Origin: Methanoculleus sp.
GTDB taxonomy: Archaea; Halobacteriota; Methanomicrobia; Methanomicrobiales; Methanomicrobiaceae
Length of the DNA: 24,000 nt
Assembly (NCBI GenBank): GCA_011045995.1
Contig: DSBQ01000004.1
Span: forward strand, 1 to 24,000
Direction of reading: 5' to 3'
In this document: one piece after another, positions 1 through 7,731 of the stretch
Numbering within the stretch: position 1 is the stretch's first letter
Layout of the letters: each line of letters starts with the position of its first letter
The notes under the pieces: generated by a model
Databases searched by the model: none
What the model was told of the DNA's origin: nothing
What the model saw: only the letters and a program-made list of their open reading frames with translations
Program-made: the position numbers and the translations under genes

Positions 1-48
1 GTTAGGCGAAGATACTCCGGAGTAACGACCAAAAAATGCGAAAAGGAG

Positions 49-121
49 TGCTGCTATGGGGATTCGAACCCCAGTCGCCGGCGTGAAAGGCCGGCATGAT
101 TGGCCCCTACACTATAGCAGC
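49..121 (-). tRNA. tRNA-Glu (anticodon UUC)
   Basis: The reverse complement of 49-121 folds as a 73-nt cloverleaf. It has a perfect 7-bp acceptor stem GCUGCUA/UAGCAGC, a T arm UGGGG-UUCGAAU-CCCCA, and an anticodon stem CCGGC/GCCGG with loop CUUUCAC (anticodon UUC). The discriminator is A and no CCA is encoded. Confidence 0.9.
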
Positions 122-142
122 AAACGCACAGTTTGTGCCTAA

Positions 143-150
143 TTTTATAG
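143..150 (-). promoter_or_regulatory. TATA box for the tRNA-Glu gene
   Basis: The minus strand reads CTATAAAA, centred about 25-26 nt upstream of the mature tRNA 5' end at 121. This is the textbook spacing for an archaeal TATA box. Confidence 0.5.
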
Positions 151-184
151 GTGCGAATTTGTTATATACGTTTTGGATTGGTCC

Positions 185-191
185 AAAAAAA
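185..191 (-). terminator. oligo-T tract downstream of ilvE
   Basis: A7 on the plus strand gives T7 on the minus strand, about 25 nt after the ilvE stop at 215-217. Archaeal RNA polymerase terminates at oligo-T tracts. Confidence 0.4.
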
Positions 192-214
192 GAAGGAATT
201 CCGGCACCGCCCTC

Positions 215-1078
215 TCAGATGGGCGTCCCTTCGGTCTCGGTGCGGCGTTTGAATCCCTCGGCCAGCTGTTTGTAGATGGGGCCGGGTTTGCCGGTGCCGA
301 CGGTGCGCCCGTCGATGAGGACGACGGGGGCCACTTCCGCTGCCGAACCCGAGACGAGGAACTCGTCGGCGGTGTAGAGGTCGAAGTACCCGAGGTTTCG
401 CTCCTCGACGGTGATGCCCATCTCCTCGGCGATCTCGAGAAGCACCATCCGGGTGATGCCACGCAGGTTGTTTAAGGTCGGAGGGGTGAGGATCGTGCCG
501 TTTTTCACGATGTAGATGTTGTCGCCCGAGCCTTCGGCGACGTAGCCGTTGGTGTCGAAGAAGATGGCCTCGTCGCCGCCCTTGTAGTTCGCCTCGATCT
601 TCGCGAGGATATTGTTGAGATAATTGAGGCTCTTCACATTGGGGGGAAGCGCTTCTGCTGCGTTTCTCCGCACGGAACAGGTGATCGCTTTCAGGCCCTT
701 CTCGTAGAGATCCCCGTACATGGCGCCCCATCCGGTTGCAATCACGATGACGGTCGCCACCGGACATTTGTTGGGGTCGAGGCCGAGGTCGCCCACCCCG
801 CGGGTGACCAGCGGGCGGATGTAGGCATCCTTCAGGTTGTTCTTTCTCAGGGTCTCGCAGATGACCTCTGCAAATTCTTCCTTTGAAAGAGGGATCTTCA
901 GGTCAATCGTTCGTGCAGAATCATACATTCTGTCGATGTGCTCTTCCAGCCTGAAGACCCGGCCGTTGTATGCACGGATGCCTTCAAACACACCGTCCCC
1001 GTAGAGAAGACCGTGGTCAAAAACGGATACCTTCGCCTCGCTCTGATCCACGAATTCCCCGTTCAGGTAAATCAGCAT
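215..1078 (-). CDS. ilvE: branched-chain amino acid aminotransferase (fold-type IV PLP enzyme)
   Basis: 287-aa ORF. Family-typical blocks include [38 protein letters not shown] and [16 protein letters not shown]...LRGITR. The length is typical of IlvE. Confidence 0.88.
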   Translation of the reverse strand: MLIYLNGEFVDQSEAKVSVFDHGLLYGDGVFEGIRAYNGRVFRLEEHIDRMYDSARTIDLKIPLSKEEFAEVICETLRKNNLKDAYIRPLVTRGVGDLGLDPNKCPVATVIVIATGWGAMYGDLYEKGLKAITCSVRRNAAEALPPNVKSLNYLNNILAKIEANYKGGDEAIFFDTNGYVAEGSGDNIYIVKNGTILTPPTLNNLRGITRMVLLEIAEEMGITVEERNLGYFDLYTADEFLVSGSAAEVAPVVLIDGRTVGTGKPGPIYKQLAEGFKRRTETEGTPI

Positions 1079-1162
1079 ACTACATGTATTCCGGCTAAGG
1101 TTTCAAATTGCTTCCGATCAGATGGGCCTTTTTGCCGCTCACCCGACCGGCCGCATGCCCGG

Positions 1163-2539
1163 TCAGGGCTGTTTCCGGCATTCCCGGACGAAGGCGGCAA
1201 ACATGCCGGCGCTGGCGGAAGGGTGCAGGTGCGTGTAGCTTGCCTGGGTGCGGCGGAGAAGGGCGCCGTCGAGGTTGTCCTGTATGCCGATGCCGCGGGA
1301 GAGGCGGTAGGCGTACCGGGTATCCTTCGGCAGGCGAACGTCCGTGTGGTGGAATTCGTGCCCGGCAAACGTTGCCGCCCCGAGGGGGCTTTCTGCCGAG
1401 GACGTCCCGCGGACATAGCCGATGACCCGCCGGGCGGGCATGCGGGTGATGCCGTCGAAGACGCCCGCCATCTGGTAGGAGCGGTCGGAGGCCTCGTTGT
1501 TCCACTCCTTTCTGAGGGTGACGCTCCTTGTCAGGTAGATGAGCCCCCCGCATTCCGCATAGATGGGGACGTCTGCACGGGAGACCTCACGCACCGCCTC
1601 ACGCATGGCGTCGTTTGCCTCGAGTTCTGCCGCAAAGAGTTCGGGGTATCCTCCGCCGAAGATGTACCCGTCCGCCGCCGGCAGGCGGTCGTGGATGGGG
1701 CTGAAGGGGATGACCTTCGCACCCCATGCCGGGAGCAGGTCGAAGAGGTCGTTGTAATAGAAGTTGAATGCCTCGTCGATGGCGACCCCGATGGCGAGGC
1801 CGGTCTCCTGCGCCGGGCGAAACATCGCCGGCTGCTCCTGCGGGGCGGGCGACGTCCCGGCGATATCGAGGAGGCGGTCCATGTCCACGTGCTCTCCTAT
1901 GACCTCCGTTACCGTTTCGATCTTTTTCAGGAAGTCTTCTTTTCCCCTGCCTTCGAGGTAGGGGACGAGGCCCAGGTGGCGCATCGTCAGTTGCATCGCA
2001 TCTGTCTGCGGGATGGCGCCGAGGACGGGGATGCCGCAGAAGTGCTCGATGGCACGCCGGGCCTTCTCCTCATGCGTCCTGCTGCGTACCTGGTTTAAGA
2101 TGACGCCTTTGATCTTCACCTCCGGGTCGAACGCCATGAAGCCCTTCACGAGGGCTGCCGCCGAGCGGGTGATGGAGCGGGCGTCGACGGCGAGGATGAC
2201 GTTGAGGCCGAGCTGTTTTGCGATGCTCGCGGTCGACCCGGTGTCCGCGATCGCATCCGACCCTTCATAGAGGCCGCGGACCCCCTCCACGATGGCGATG
2301 TCGGCACCCCGGCACCCGTTGTCATAGACGGTGCGGATAAGGGCCGGGTCCATCACAAAACTGTCAAGGTTCCGGCAGGGCCTGCCGGTGACCCCGGTCA
2401 GGTAGGACGGGTCGATGTAGTCCATCGCCACCTTGAAGGGCTGGACCTCATGGTCTCGTGCGAGAAGGGCGGAGATGGCAAGGGTGATGCTCGTCTTTCC
2501 GCTGCCGGAACGGTCGCCGGTGATGAGCAGGCTCTTCAT
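1163..2539 (-). CDS. cfbB: Ni-sirohydrochlorin a,c-diamide synthase (CbiA/CobB-family amidotransferase)
   Basis: 458 aa. There is an N-terminal CobQ/CobB/MinD-type P-loop (ITGDRSGSGKTSITLAI) and a C-terminal glutamine amidotransferase domain (YAECGGLIYL, HEFHHT). The CfbB call, rather than cobamide CbiA, rests on the operon context with cfbD, cfbE and cfbA. Confidence 0.78.
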   Translation of the reverse strand: MKSLLITGDRSGSGKTSITLAISALLARDHEVQPFKVAMDYIDPSYLTGVTGRPCRNLDSFVMDPALIRTVYDNGCRGADIAIVEGVRGLYEGSDAIADTGSTASIAKQLGLNVILAVDARSITRSAAALVKGFMAFDPEVKIKGVILNQVRSRTHEEKARRAIEHFCGIPVLGAIPQTDAMQLTMRHLGLVPYLEGRGKEDFLKKIETVTEVIGEHVDMDRLLDIAGTSPAPQEQPAMFRPAQETGLAIGVAIDEAFNFYYNDLFDLLPAWGAKVIPFSPIHDRLPAADGYIFGGGYPELFAAELEANDAMREAVREVSRADVPIYAECGGLIYLTRSVTLRKEWNNEASDRSYQMAGVFDGITRMPARRVIGYVRGTSSAESPLGAATFAGHEFHHTDVRLPKDTRYAYRLSRGIGIQDNLDGALLRRTQASYTHLHPSASAGMFAAFVRECRKQP

Positions 2540-3615
2540 CGCATGCTCCGGATGACGGCGCCGAATTCGCTCTCGATGATCTCGCAGACGCCGAGGGTCT
2601 TCGGGTGCAGGTCGACCTCCACGATCACATGCTCGTGCCCGAGGTCTTTTAAGGGCTCCACCTGCCGGGGGCCGTTGGTGACGGAGAATACCTCTATGCC
2701 TGCGGTATACTCGCCGGGGATCGCATGCGGAACGCCGGCGATGACCGCGAAGTCGGGGGCCTGATCCTGCAGGATCTTCCCGAAGGCCTCGCCGGTGGCG
2801 CCGTACTCGTCCAGTGCGCCGTGGAGTTCGGGGTCGATGCCGCCCTCCCGCAGTCCCGCGAGGATGCGTGCGGCGTCGCGGCGGACCTTGTCAAGGCCGG
2901 CGTCCCCGAGGTTTGCATAGTAGGTGATGTCCGCATCCGGCCAGGTCTCGTGGAGCGCGAGGAGGACGTCTGCGAACATGTAGGCGGTCTCCTTTTTGGC
3001 GTTGAGGATGGCGATGCCCTTTTTTCCTTCCCTGATGCAGTCGTTGAGGCGCCCGGCGACGACGTGCTTGAGGTCGCCCCGCGAGGGCTGGATATAGGAC
3101 TTGCATGCCGCCCCTCTGAGCCGCTCCACTTCATTTGCGGCATCGAGCATCCGCCGCTGGCGTTCGAGTTCGTCAGGTGTTATCCACCCCGCCGCTGCTG
3201 CGGGGACGAGCGCCGCCATAACACCTTCTATATTCTCCCTGAACCCGGCGTGCACCTCGATGGCAATGGCCGGTGTCGTGATGCCGGAGTCGCGGATGGC
3301 GGCTTCCATGTCTTCTCCGATGATAAGGGATACGCAGGTGCCGACGACCGCCATCCGTGTCGGGTGGAACCGTTCTTCTGCTTCGATGAGCACTTTTACG
3401 AGGACGTCCTGGCCGCCGAGGATGATCTCGGTCTCGCCGAGCGAGGTGGTCAGCACCCGCAGGCCGTCTTCCTCCAGCAGGCGGGCGTGTTTGAAGGAAC
3501 AGCCGGACGGTCCGTGGAGGATGGCACAATCGACGCCAAGGTCGCGTGCCGTGTAGAGCGCTGCAACAATAGAGCTCGGGCGGGGTTGAATATACTGCAT
3601 ATCATTTATCTCCAT
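2536..3615 (-). CDS. cfbD: Ni-sirohydrochlorin a,c-diamide reductive cyclase, NifD/NifE-like component
   Basis: 359-aa nitrogenase component-1-like oxidoreductase fold (AILHGPSGCSF, MAVVGTCVSLIIGED). It has a 4-nt overlap with the cfbB start and a 10-nt overlap with the cfbE end. Confidence 0.78.
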   Translation of the reverse strand: MEINDMQYIQPRPSSIVAALYTARDLGVDCAILHGPSGCSFKHARLLEEDGLRVLTTSLGETEIILGGQDVLVKVLIEAEERFHPTRMAVVGTCVSLIIGEDMEAAIRDSGITTPAIAIEVHAGFRENIEGVMAALVPAAAAGWITPDELERQRRMLDAANEVERLRGAACKSYIQPSRGDLKHVVAGRLNDCIREGKKGIAILNAKKETAYMFADVLLALHETWPDADITYYANLGDAGLDKVRRDAARILAGLREGGIDPELHGALDEYGATGEAFGKILQDQAPDFAVIAGVPHAIPGEYTAGIEVFSVTNGPRQVEPLKDLGHEHVIVEVDLHPKTLGVCEIIESEFGAVIRSMR

Positions 3616-4817
3616 GTTTTTACCGCAAGCACGATGGCATGATCCCCGGCGACCGACCGGGCGAGCGCCGCCCCCTCGCCGAGGGTGGCAACGATGGCGA
3701 GCGGCGTGACCGGGAGGTCATGGAATGTGCAGGAACGGTACTGGTCCCCGACGATGATGACCGCTGCCGGTGCGGTAGTTTCTATCACTTCTGCTATATC
3801 AGCAAATGGAAATCCTTCACAGACCGTGGAGGATTCGGCGCCCACGACGAGGGTGAGGGGGCGGCCGGGTGCCCGGCGCCGTGCGAGGGCCGCCGCATCG
3901 CAGGTGGTGGCGAGGCAGGCGCCGCTGTTCGCGTTGTCGACGATGATCCTGCCCTCCTCTTCGGTCACCTGCATCCGCGCTTCCAGCGCCGGAAAGGTGG
4001 CGAGGGCCGCCGGGTCTTCGCCGAGGAGGCAGAGGGCCGCGGCGGCGGTCATGAGGGGGATGCGGTACCCGGTGATGGAGAAGAGCGGGTGGTCGAATGA
4101 GCCGGTGACGGCGCCGTATGCGTAGGTGCAGCGGGTGCCGTCGAGGGAGACGATCTCCCCGGTTGCAACGGCCCCCGGCACCGCCGCCTCCGCTCCCATG
4201 CCGGGAGCGAGCAGCACCCTGCGGCAGCGGGCGAGCATGCGTTTCTTCTCGGCGAGGGCGGACTTTTTCCCGCCGGCGATGCGGTAGTCGAGGTCTGATG
4301 TCAGGATGCCGAGGCCGCCCGCCCCGGCAACGCCGATGGACTCTTCTGCAATCAGCCAGCCGCCGATGGCCGCCGCCTCTTCGGCGGCGCCGATGAGCGA
4401 CGCGGGGGTGATGCTCTTTTTTCCGAGCAGCTCCTTTCCGGGGAAGCGGTACGTGCCGGTGGAGGTGTGCAGGATGCCCGGCCCCCGCATCCCGTGGGCA
4501 AGCGCGTGGGCGGTCGTCGTCTTGCCGCGGGCGCCGGTGATCTCGATGCACTGCTTCAGGTGCAGGGGGGCAAGAACGGTTGCGACGATCTCGTGATGGG
4601 TGGTATACGCCGTGCCCTCCATCTGCATCAGGGGGTGGTCCGGGTCGAGGTGCACGGGGGCTGCGACAAGGTCATACCGCCCTGAAAGGGCCTCCTCCGG
4701 GGAGATGCCCTCCCTGCCGCGGTAGACGTCGACACCGTCGACCGTATGGCCAAGGAAAGAAAGGTGGCGGGCTATCTCCTTCCCGCCGTGAATGGTGTCC
4801 AGCACCAGGATATTCAT
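3606..4817 (-). CDS. cfbE: coenzyme F430 synthetase (Mur-ligase-like)
   Basis: Mur-ligase P-loop ITGARGKTTTAHALA. The protein is about 400 aa and sits between cfbA and cfbD. The start is placed at ATG 4817 (MNILVLDTIHGG), 7 nt after the cfbA stop. The ORF-track start at 4856 would overlap cfbA by 32 nt. Confidence 0.78.
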   Translation of the reverse strand: MNILVLDTIHGGKEIARHLSFLGHTVDGVDVYRGREGISPEEALSGRYDLVAAPVHLDPDHPLMQMEGTAYTTHHEIVATVLAPLHLKQCIEITGARGKTTTAHALAHGMRGPGILHTSTGTYRFPGKELLGKKSITPASLIGAAEEAAAIGGWLIAEESIGVAGAGGLGILTSDLDYRIAGGKKSALAEKKRMLARCRRVLLAPGMGAEAAVPGAVATGEIVSLDGTRCTYAYGAVTGSFDHPLFSITGYRIPLMTAAAALCLLGEDPAALATFPALEARMQVTEEEGRIIVDNANSGACLATTCDAAALARRRAPGRPLTLVVGAESSTVCEGFPFADIAEVIETTAPAAVIIVGDQYRSCTFHDLPVTPLAIVATLGEGAALARSVAGDHAIVLAVKTWR

Positions 4818-4824
4818 AGGAAGG

Positions 4825-5232
4825 TCAGGCGTGCTCTTCGAGAACCCGGTAGGCATTTCTGATCATCAGGTCGGCGAGGAGCGGGTCCGGACCGATGGGC
4901 TGGGCGTAGAGGAGGGGAACGGCGGTGCCGTCGGCGAGCGTGAACTCTCCCTTGTAGCTTCCCTGGGGGAGGCCGAGGATGCCGGGGATGTCCACGAGGA
5001 TATGGATGCCTTTTGCAAGGAAGAGCGGGACGACGATGAGCTTCTCGATCTTCTCGTTGCGGAATTCTTCCAGGACTTCCTGTACGGTGGGTTCGTTGAT
5101 GCTCATGAATCCGGATCTGACCAGAAATCCGTCTTCTTTTTCTGCGACCATTGCTGCGGTCTTCTCGATGAGTTCCTTGTTGTGCGGCTTCTGGCTGCCA
5201 TGTCCTACAAGTAAGAATCCTGTCTTTGCCAT
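4825..5232 (-). CDS. cfbA: sirohydrochlorin nickelochelatase / small CbiX(S)-type chelatase
   Basis: 135 aa from ATG 5232: MAKTGFLLVGHGSQ...LIVVPLFLAKGIH...LLYAQPIGPDP, typical of short archaeal CbiX. The 237-aa track ORF (to 5538) is an upstream read-through into the neighbouring gene. Confidence 0.8.
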   Translation of the reverse strand: MAKTGFLLVGHGSQKPHNKELIEKTAAMVAEKEDGFLVRSGFMSINEPTVQEVLEEFRNEKIEKLIVVPLFLAKGIHILVDIPGILGLPQGSYKGEFTLADGTAVPLLYAQPIGPDPLLADLMIRNAYRVLEEHA

Positions 5233-5256
5233 AGGATACAATGTACTACGATACGG

Positions 5257-5270
5257 TATAAAATAATTAA
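5257..5270. promoter_or_regulatory. shared AT-rich TATA element of the divergent cfbA / hjc-like promoters
   Basis: TATAAAATAATTAA is the only strongly AT-rich element in the 75-bp divergent spacer. It lies about 26 nt from the cfbA ATG at 5232, implying a leaderless or near-leaderless transcript. It lies about 45 nt from ATG 5308 on the plus strand. Confidence 0.4.
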
Positions 5271-5307
5271 CGATGTTTTTTTGTGGTTCCGTCCGAAATG
5301 GTACCTG

Positions 5308-5760
5308 ATGAGTGATTTTGAGCGGGATATCGTCCATTGCCTCAACGCGTTCTTTGAGGACGCGGGCGTCGGTGGGTTTGCCTACCGGCTCAAGCAGGCC
5401 CGCTTCAATACCCAGTACGTGGATGTGATCGTCGATTCGCTCGACCCCCGGTACTACCTTGCCATCGAATGCAAGTCCCTGAAGGGGAACAAGATCTATT
5501 TTTCCCAGCATTTCCACAAGGACAAAAACGGGCTCCACCAGGTGGATTCGATCACGGAGTTTCTGGCCCGGACGGGGCGGCGGGGCTATCTTGCGGTGGA
5601 GTTTAGGGGCGGTTCGGGACGGCCCAACGAGGCGTTCCTGCTGCCATGGCAGGCGATCACCGCCGGGTTTGCGTCGTGCCCCGGCATCGGCAAGGAGCAG
5701 TTCGAGGAAGGAATCCGGCTCGTCCGGTCAAAGAGCGGCTACACCCTTCCGGAGTTGTGA
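5308..5760 (+). CDS. Hjc-family (archaeal Holliday-junction-resolvase-like) nuclease
   Basis: 150 aa from ATG 5308. It carries an Hjc-type catalytic pattern: E in FERDIV, D in YVDVIVD, and E-x-K in LAIECKS. The spacing is somewhat longer than in classical Hjc. The TTG at 5281 is unlikely as a start because it lies at or before the predicted transcription start. Confidence 0.55.
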   Translation: MSDFERDIVHCLNAFFEDAGVGGFAYRLKQARFNTQYVDVIVDSLDPRYYLAIECKSLKGNKIYFSQHFHKDKNGLHQVDSITEFLARTGRRGYLAVEFRGGSGRPNEAFLLPWQAITAGFASCPGIGKEQFEEGIRLVRSKSGYTLPEL

Positions 5761-5801
5761 GAAAAGACCTTTGGTCTTGAAGGAAAACATATGAAGCACA
5801 T

Positions 5802-6938
5802 ATGATGGACCCCTATGATCGTTATGAACTGATGGTCAATGGAGCAGTAATGAAGAACCCTCTGGTTCTCTCCTCCATGGCCGGCATCGTTGATGCGGCG
5901 TACGTGAATGCCAGAAAGGATCTGGTCGGCATGGCCTGCATCGGGGGATTTTCCATCGACCAACGGACAATGGAGGCGAGCAGGGAGCTTGCCGCCGCGG
6001 GGCGAAAAGAGTTTTTGTATGACGATCCCGTGGCGGCGATCGCCGCCCAGGTGGCACAGATGGCGGAAATCGGGGTCATCTGCGCCCTGAACCTGCGCGG
6101 GTCGTCGCCCGCGTCGTTTCGTGCCGTTGCAGAGGCGATCGGGCCGTCTGTGGTGTATGAGATCGATGCCCACTGCCGGCAGGCGCCGCTCGTTTCGGCG
6201 GGGTGCGGGGAATACCTCCTGAAGCATCAGGACGCGCTCTTTGCGACGATCCGTGCGCTCAAGGAGGCGGGGGTGTGCGTCTCGGTGAAGATCCGGGCGG
6301 GCGTCGCGGAGGACGACCGTGCGCTGGTGAAGGGGATCACTGCCGCAGGGGCGGACATTTTGCACGTCGATCTGATGGACTTCGGGCACGCGAAACTCCG
6401 GCAGCTGCGTAACAGCTGCCCGCTGCTGATCATCGCGAACAACTCGATTACGACCTTCTCCGCGGCAAAGGACATGCTCGCCCACGGGGCGGACATGCTC
6501 TCGCTCGCCCGGCAGGCGACGCCGGAGACCCTCCGGGGGCTGGACAAAGACCTCGCCCGGTACGCGGATGAGACGGGCTGGTACAATGCGCCGAAACAGC
6601 TCTGCCGCGGGGGCGACATCCGGGCGCTCACCTTCTGCTGCATGCCGGTGAAGCAGTGCCCGCTCATCCCGACGCTCGAGCACCTCGATATCCCGAGAAA
6701 CGAGTTCATGACCCTCAAGCTCGACCTGGTGAAGAACACCCCCCTTGCAGGGGGCGAGAACACCTGTTTCGGGAGCCTTGCGTGGTGCTGCAAGAGTTCG
6801 ACGCCCTGCATGTTCAGGAACATGGCGCTCAAGGAGCAGGGGCTCTCCCTGCACGACTACATGCGCTACAAGCGCCGCCTCTCCGAGAAGCTGATGCAGC
6901 GGGTGTTCGATGCCGATGCCTTCTATGCGCCCGAGTGA
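5802..6938 (+). CDS. FMN TIM-barrel (DHOD/Dus-like) protein with C-terminal 8-Cys domain; methanogen-type, function unknown
   Basis: 378 aa. The N-terminus reads NPLVLSSMAGIVDAAY...EIDAHCRQ...VKIRAG...ILHVD, resembling dihydroorotate dehydrogenase / dihydrouridine synthase barrels. The C-terminus has 8 Cys, including FCCMPVKQC (6633-6659) and WCCKSSTPC (6783-6809). From memory this matches the TIGRFAMs 'methanogenesis marker domain 9' description. Confidence 0.7.
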   Translation: MMDPYDRYELMVNGAVMKNPLVLSSMAGIVDAAYVNARKDLVGMACIGGFSIDQRTMEASRELAAAGRKEFLYDDPVAAIAAQVAQMAEIGVICALNLRGSSPASFRAVAEAIGPSVVYEIDAHCRQAPLVSAGCGEYLLKHQDALFATIRALKEAGVCVSVKIRAGVAEDDRALVKGITAAGADILHVDLMDFGHAKLRQLRNSCPLLIIANNSITTFSAAKDMLAHGADMLSLARQATPETLRGLDKDLARYADETGWYNAPKQLCRGGDIRALTFCCMPVKQCPLIPTLEHLDIPRNEFMTLKLDLVKNTPLAGGENTCFGSLAWCCKSSTPCMFRNMALKEQGLSLHDYMRYKRRLSEKLMQRVFDADAFYAPE

Positions 6939-7731
6939 ACGGGCGCAGCTCGCGATGGCGCTCGAGGTCTGCGCCGGGCCGAAGCCGGGGAACGTCGACC
7001 GCTGCCACGACTACGAGGACACCCGGCTGGAGCACTTCATCGCGTCGGCCATTTTTGTAAAGCCCGCCCTCGAGCGTGCGGAAGCGGGCGATGGCGGCGT
7101 CGGGGAGCTGATCCGTGACGCGGTGCGGCTTGCGAGCGTGCATGCGGGCGGCAACACCCACTTCGGCGCCTACATCCTGCTCTTCCCCCTTCTGTTGGGC
7201 GGCGACATCCCCGGAGCGATGCGGGTGATCCGGGCGACGACCGTCGATGACGCGGTCTTCTTCTACGAGGCGTTCGGCCTGACACAGGTACGGGCCCACC
7301 CGACGGACGACCTCGACGTGAACGACCCGGCGTCGGTGGCGCGAATCCGGGAGGAGGGGATGACGCTTGCAGACATCATCGCCTACTCGGCGCCCCGCGA
7401 CCTCGTCTGCCGCGAATGGACGGAGGGCTACCCCCGGACGAGACGGGCGGCGGATATGCTCCTGTCCGCTCCGTCCGCAAAGGCCGCCATCCCCGCCGCC
7501 TTCATCGGGCTCCTCGCCGCGGAGCCCGACACCTTCATCGCCAAAAAACTCGGCGACGCGGTGGCGCAGGAGACGACCGCAAAAGCGAGAGCCGTCCGGG
7601 ACGGCACGTTTGGCATCGATGCCTTCGACGCATGGTGCCACGAACAGGGCGCGAACCCCGGTTCGACCGCGGATATTATCATTGCCGCCATCTATGTTGC
7701 ATTAGGCGAGGGATGGAATTGGGAATCCTGA
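6910..7731 (+). CDS. CitG/MdcB-family triphosphoribosyl-dephospho-CoA-synthase-like protein
   Basis: About 270 aa. N-terminal LEVCAGPKPGNVDR is the hallmark (T/G)PKPG-x-VDR block of the CitG family. The start is ambiguous: ATG at 6910, 6916 or 6925. All three overlap the upstream stop at 6936-6938. Confidence 0.72.
   Translation: MPMPSMRPSERAQLAMALEVCAGPKPGNVDRCHDYEDTRLEHFIASAIFVKPALERAEAGDGGVGELIRDAVRLASVHAGGNTHFGAYILLFPLLLGGDIPGAMRVIRATTVDDAVFFYEAFGLTQVRAHPTDDLDVNDPASVARIREEGMTLADIIAYSAPRDLVCREWTEGYPRTRRAADMLLSAPSAKAAIPAAFIGLLAAEPDTFIAKKLGDAVAQETTAKARAVRDGTFGIDAFDAWCHEQGANPGSTADIIIAAIYVALGEGWNWES

Noticed and set aside
1-214. Possible tRNA-targeted integration site or genomic island next to tRNA-Glu.
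   Set aside because: There is no integrase, no direct repeat of the tRNA 3' end elsewhere in the window, and the adjacent genes are core metabolism with normal composition.
4825-5538. 237-aa version of the cfbA ORF extending upstream to 5538.
   Set aside because: The chelatase homology begins at MAKTGF (ATG 5232). The extension crosses the AT-rich promoter spacer and runs antisense through the Hjc-like gene.
5791-5805. Four-codon upstream ORF ATG-AAG-CAC-ATA-TGA overlapping the ATGATG start of the TIM-barrel gene.
   Set aside because: It is too short and lacks supporting signals. It most likely arises by chance from the repeated CATATG sequence.
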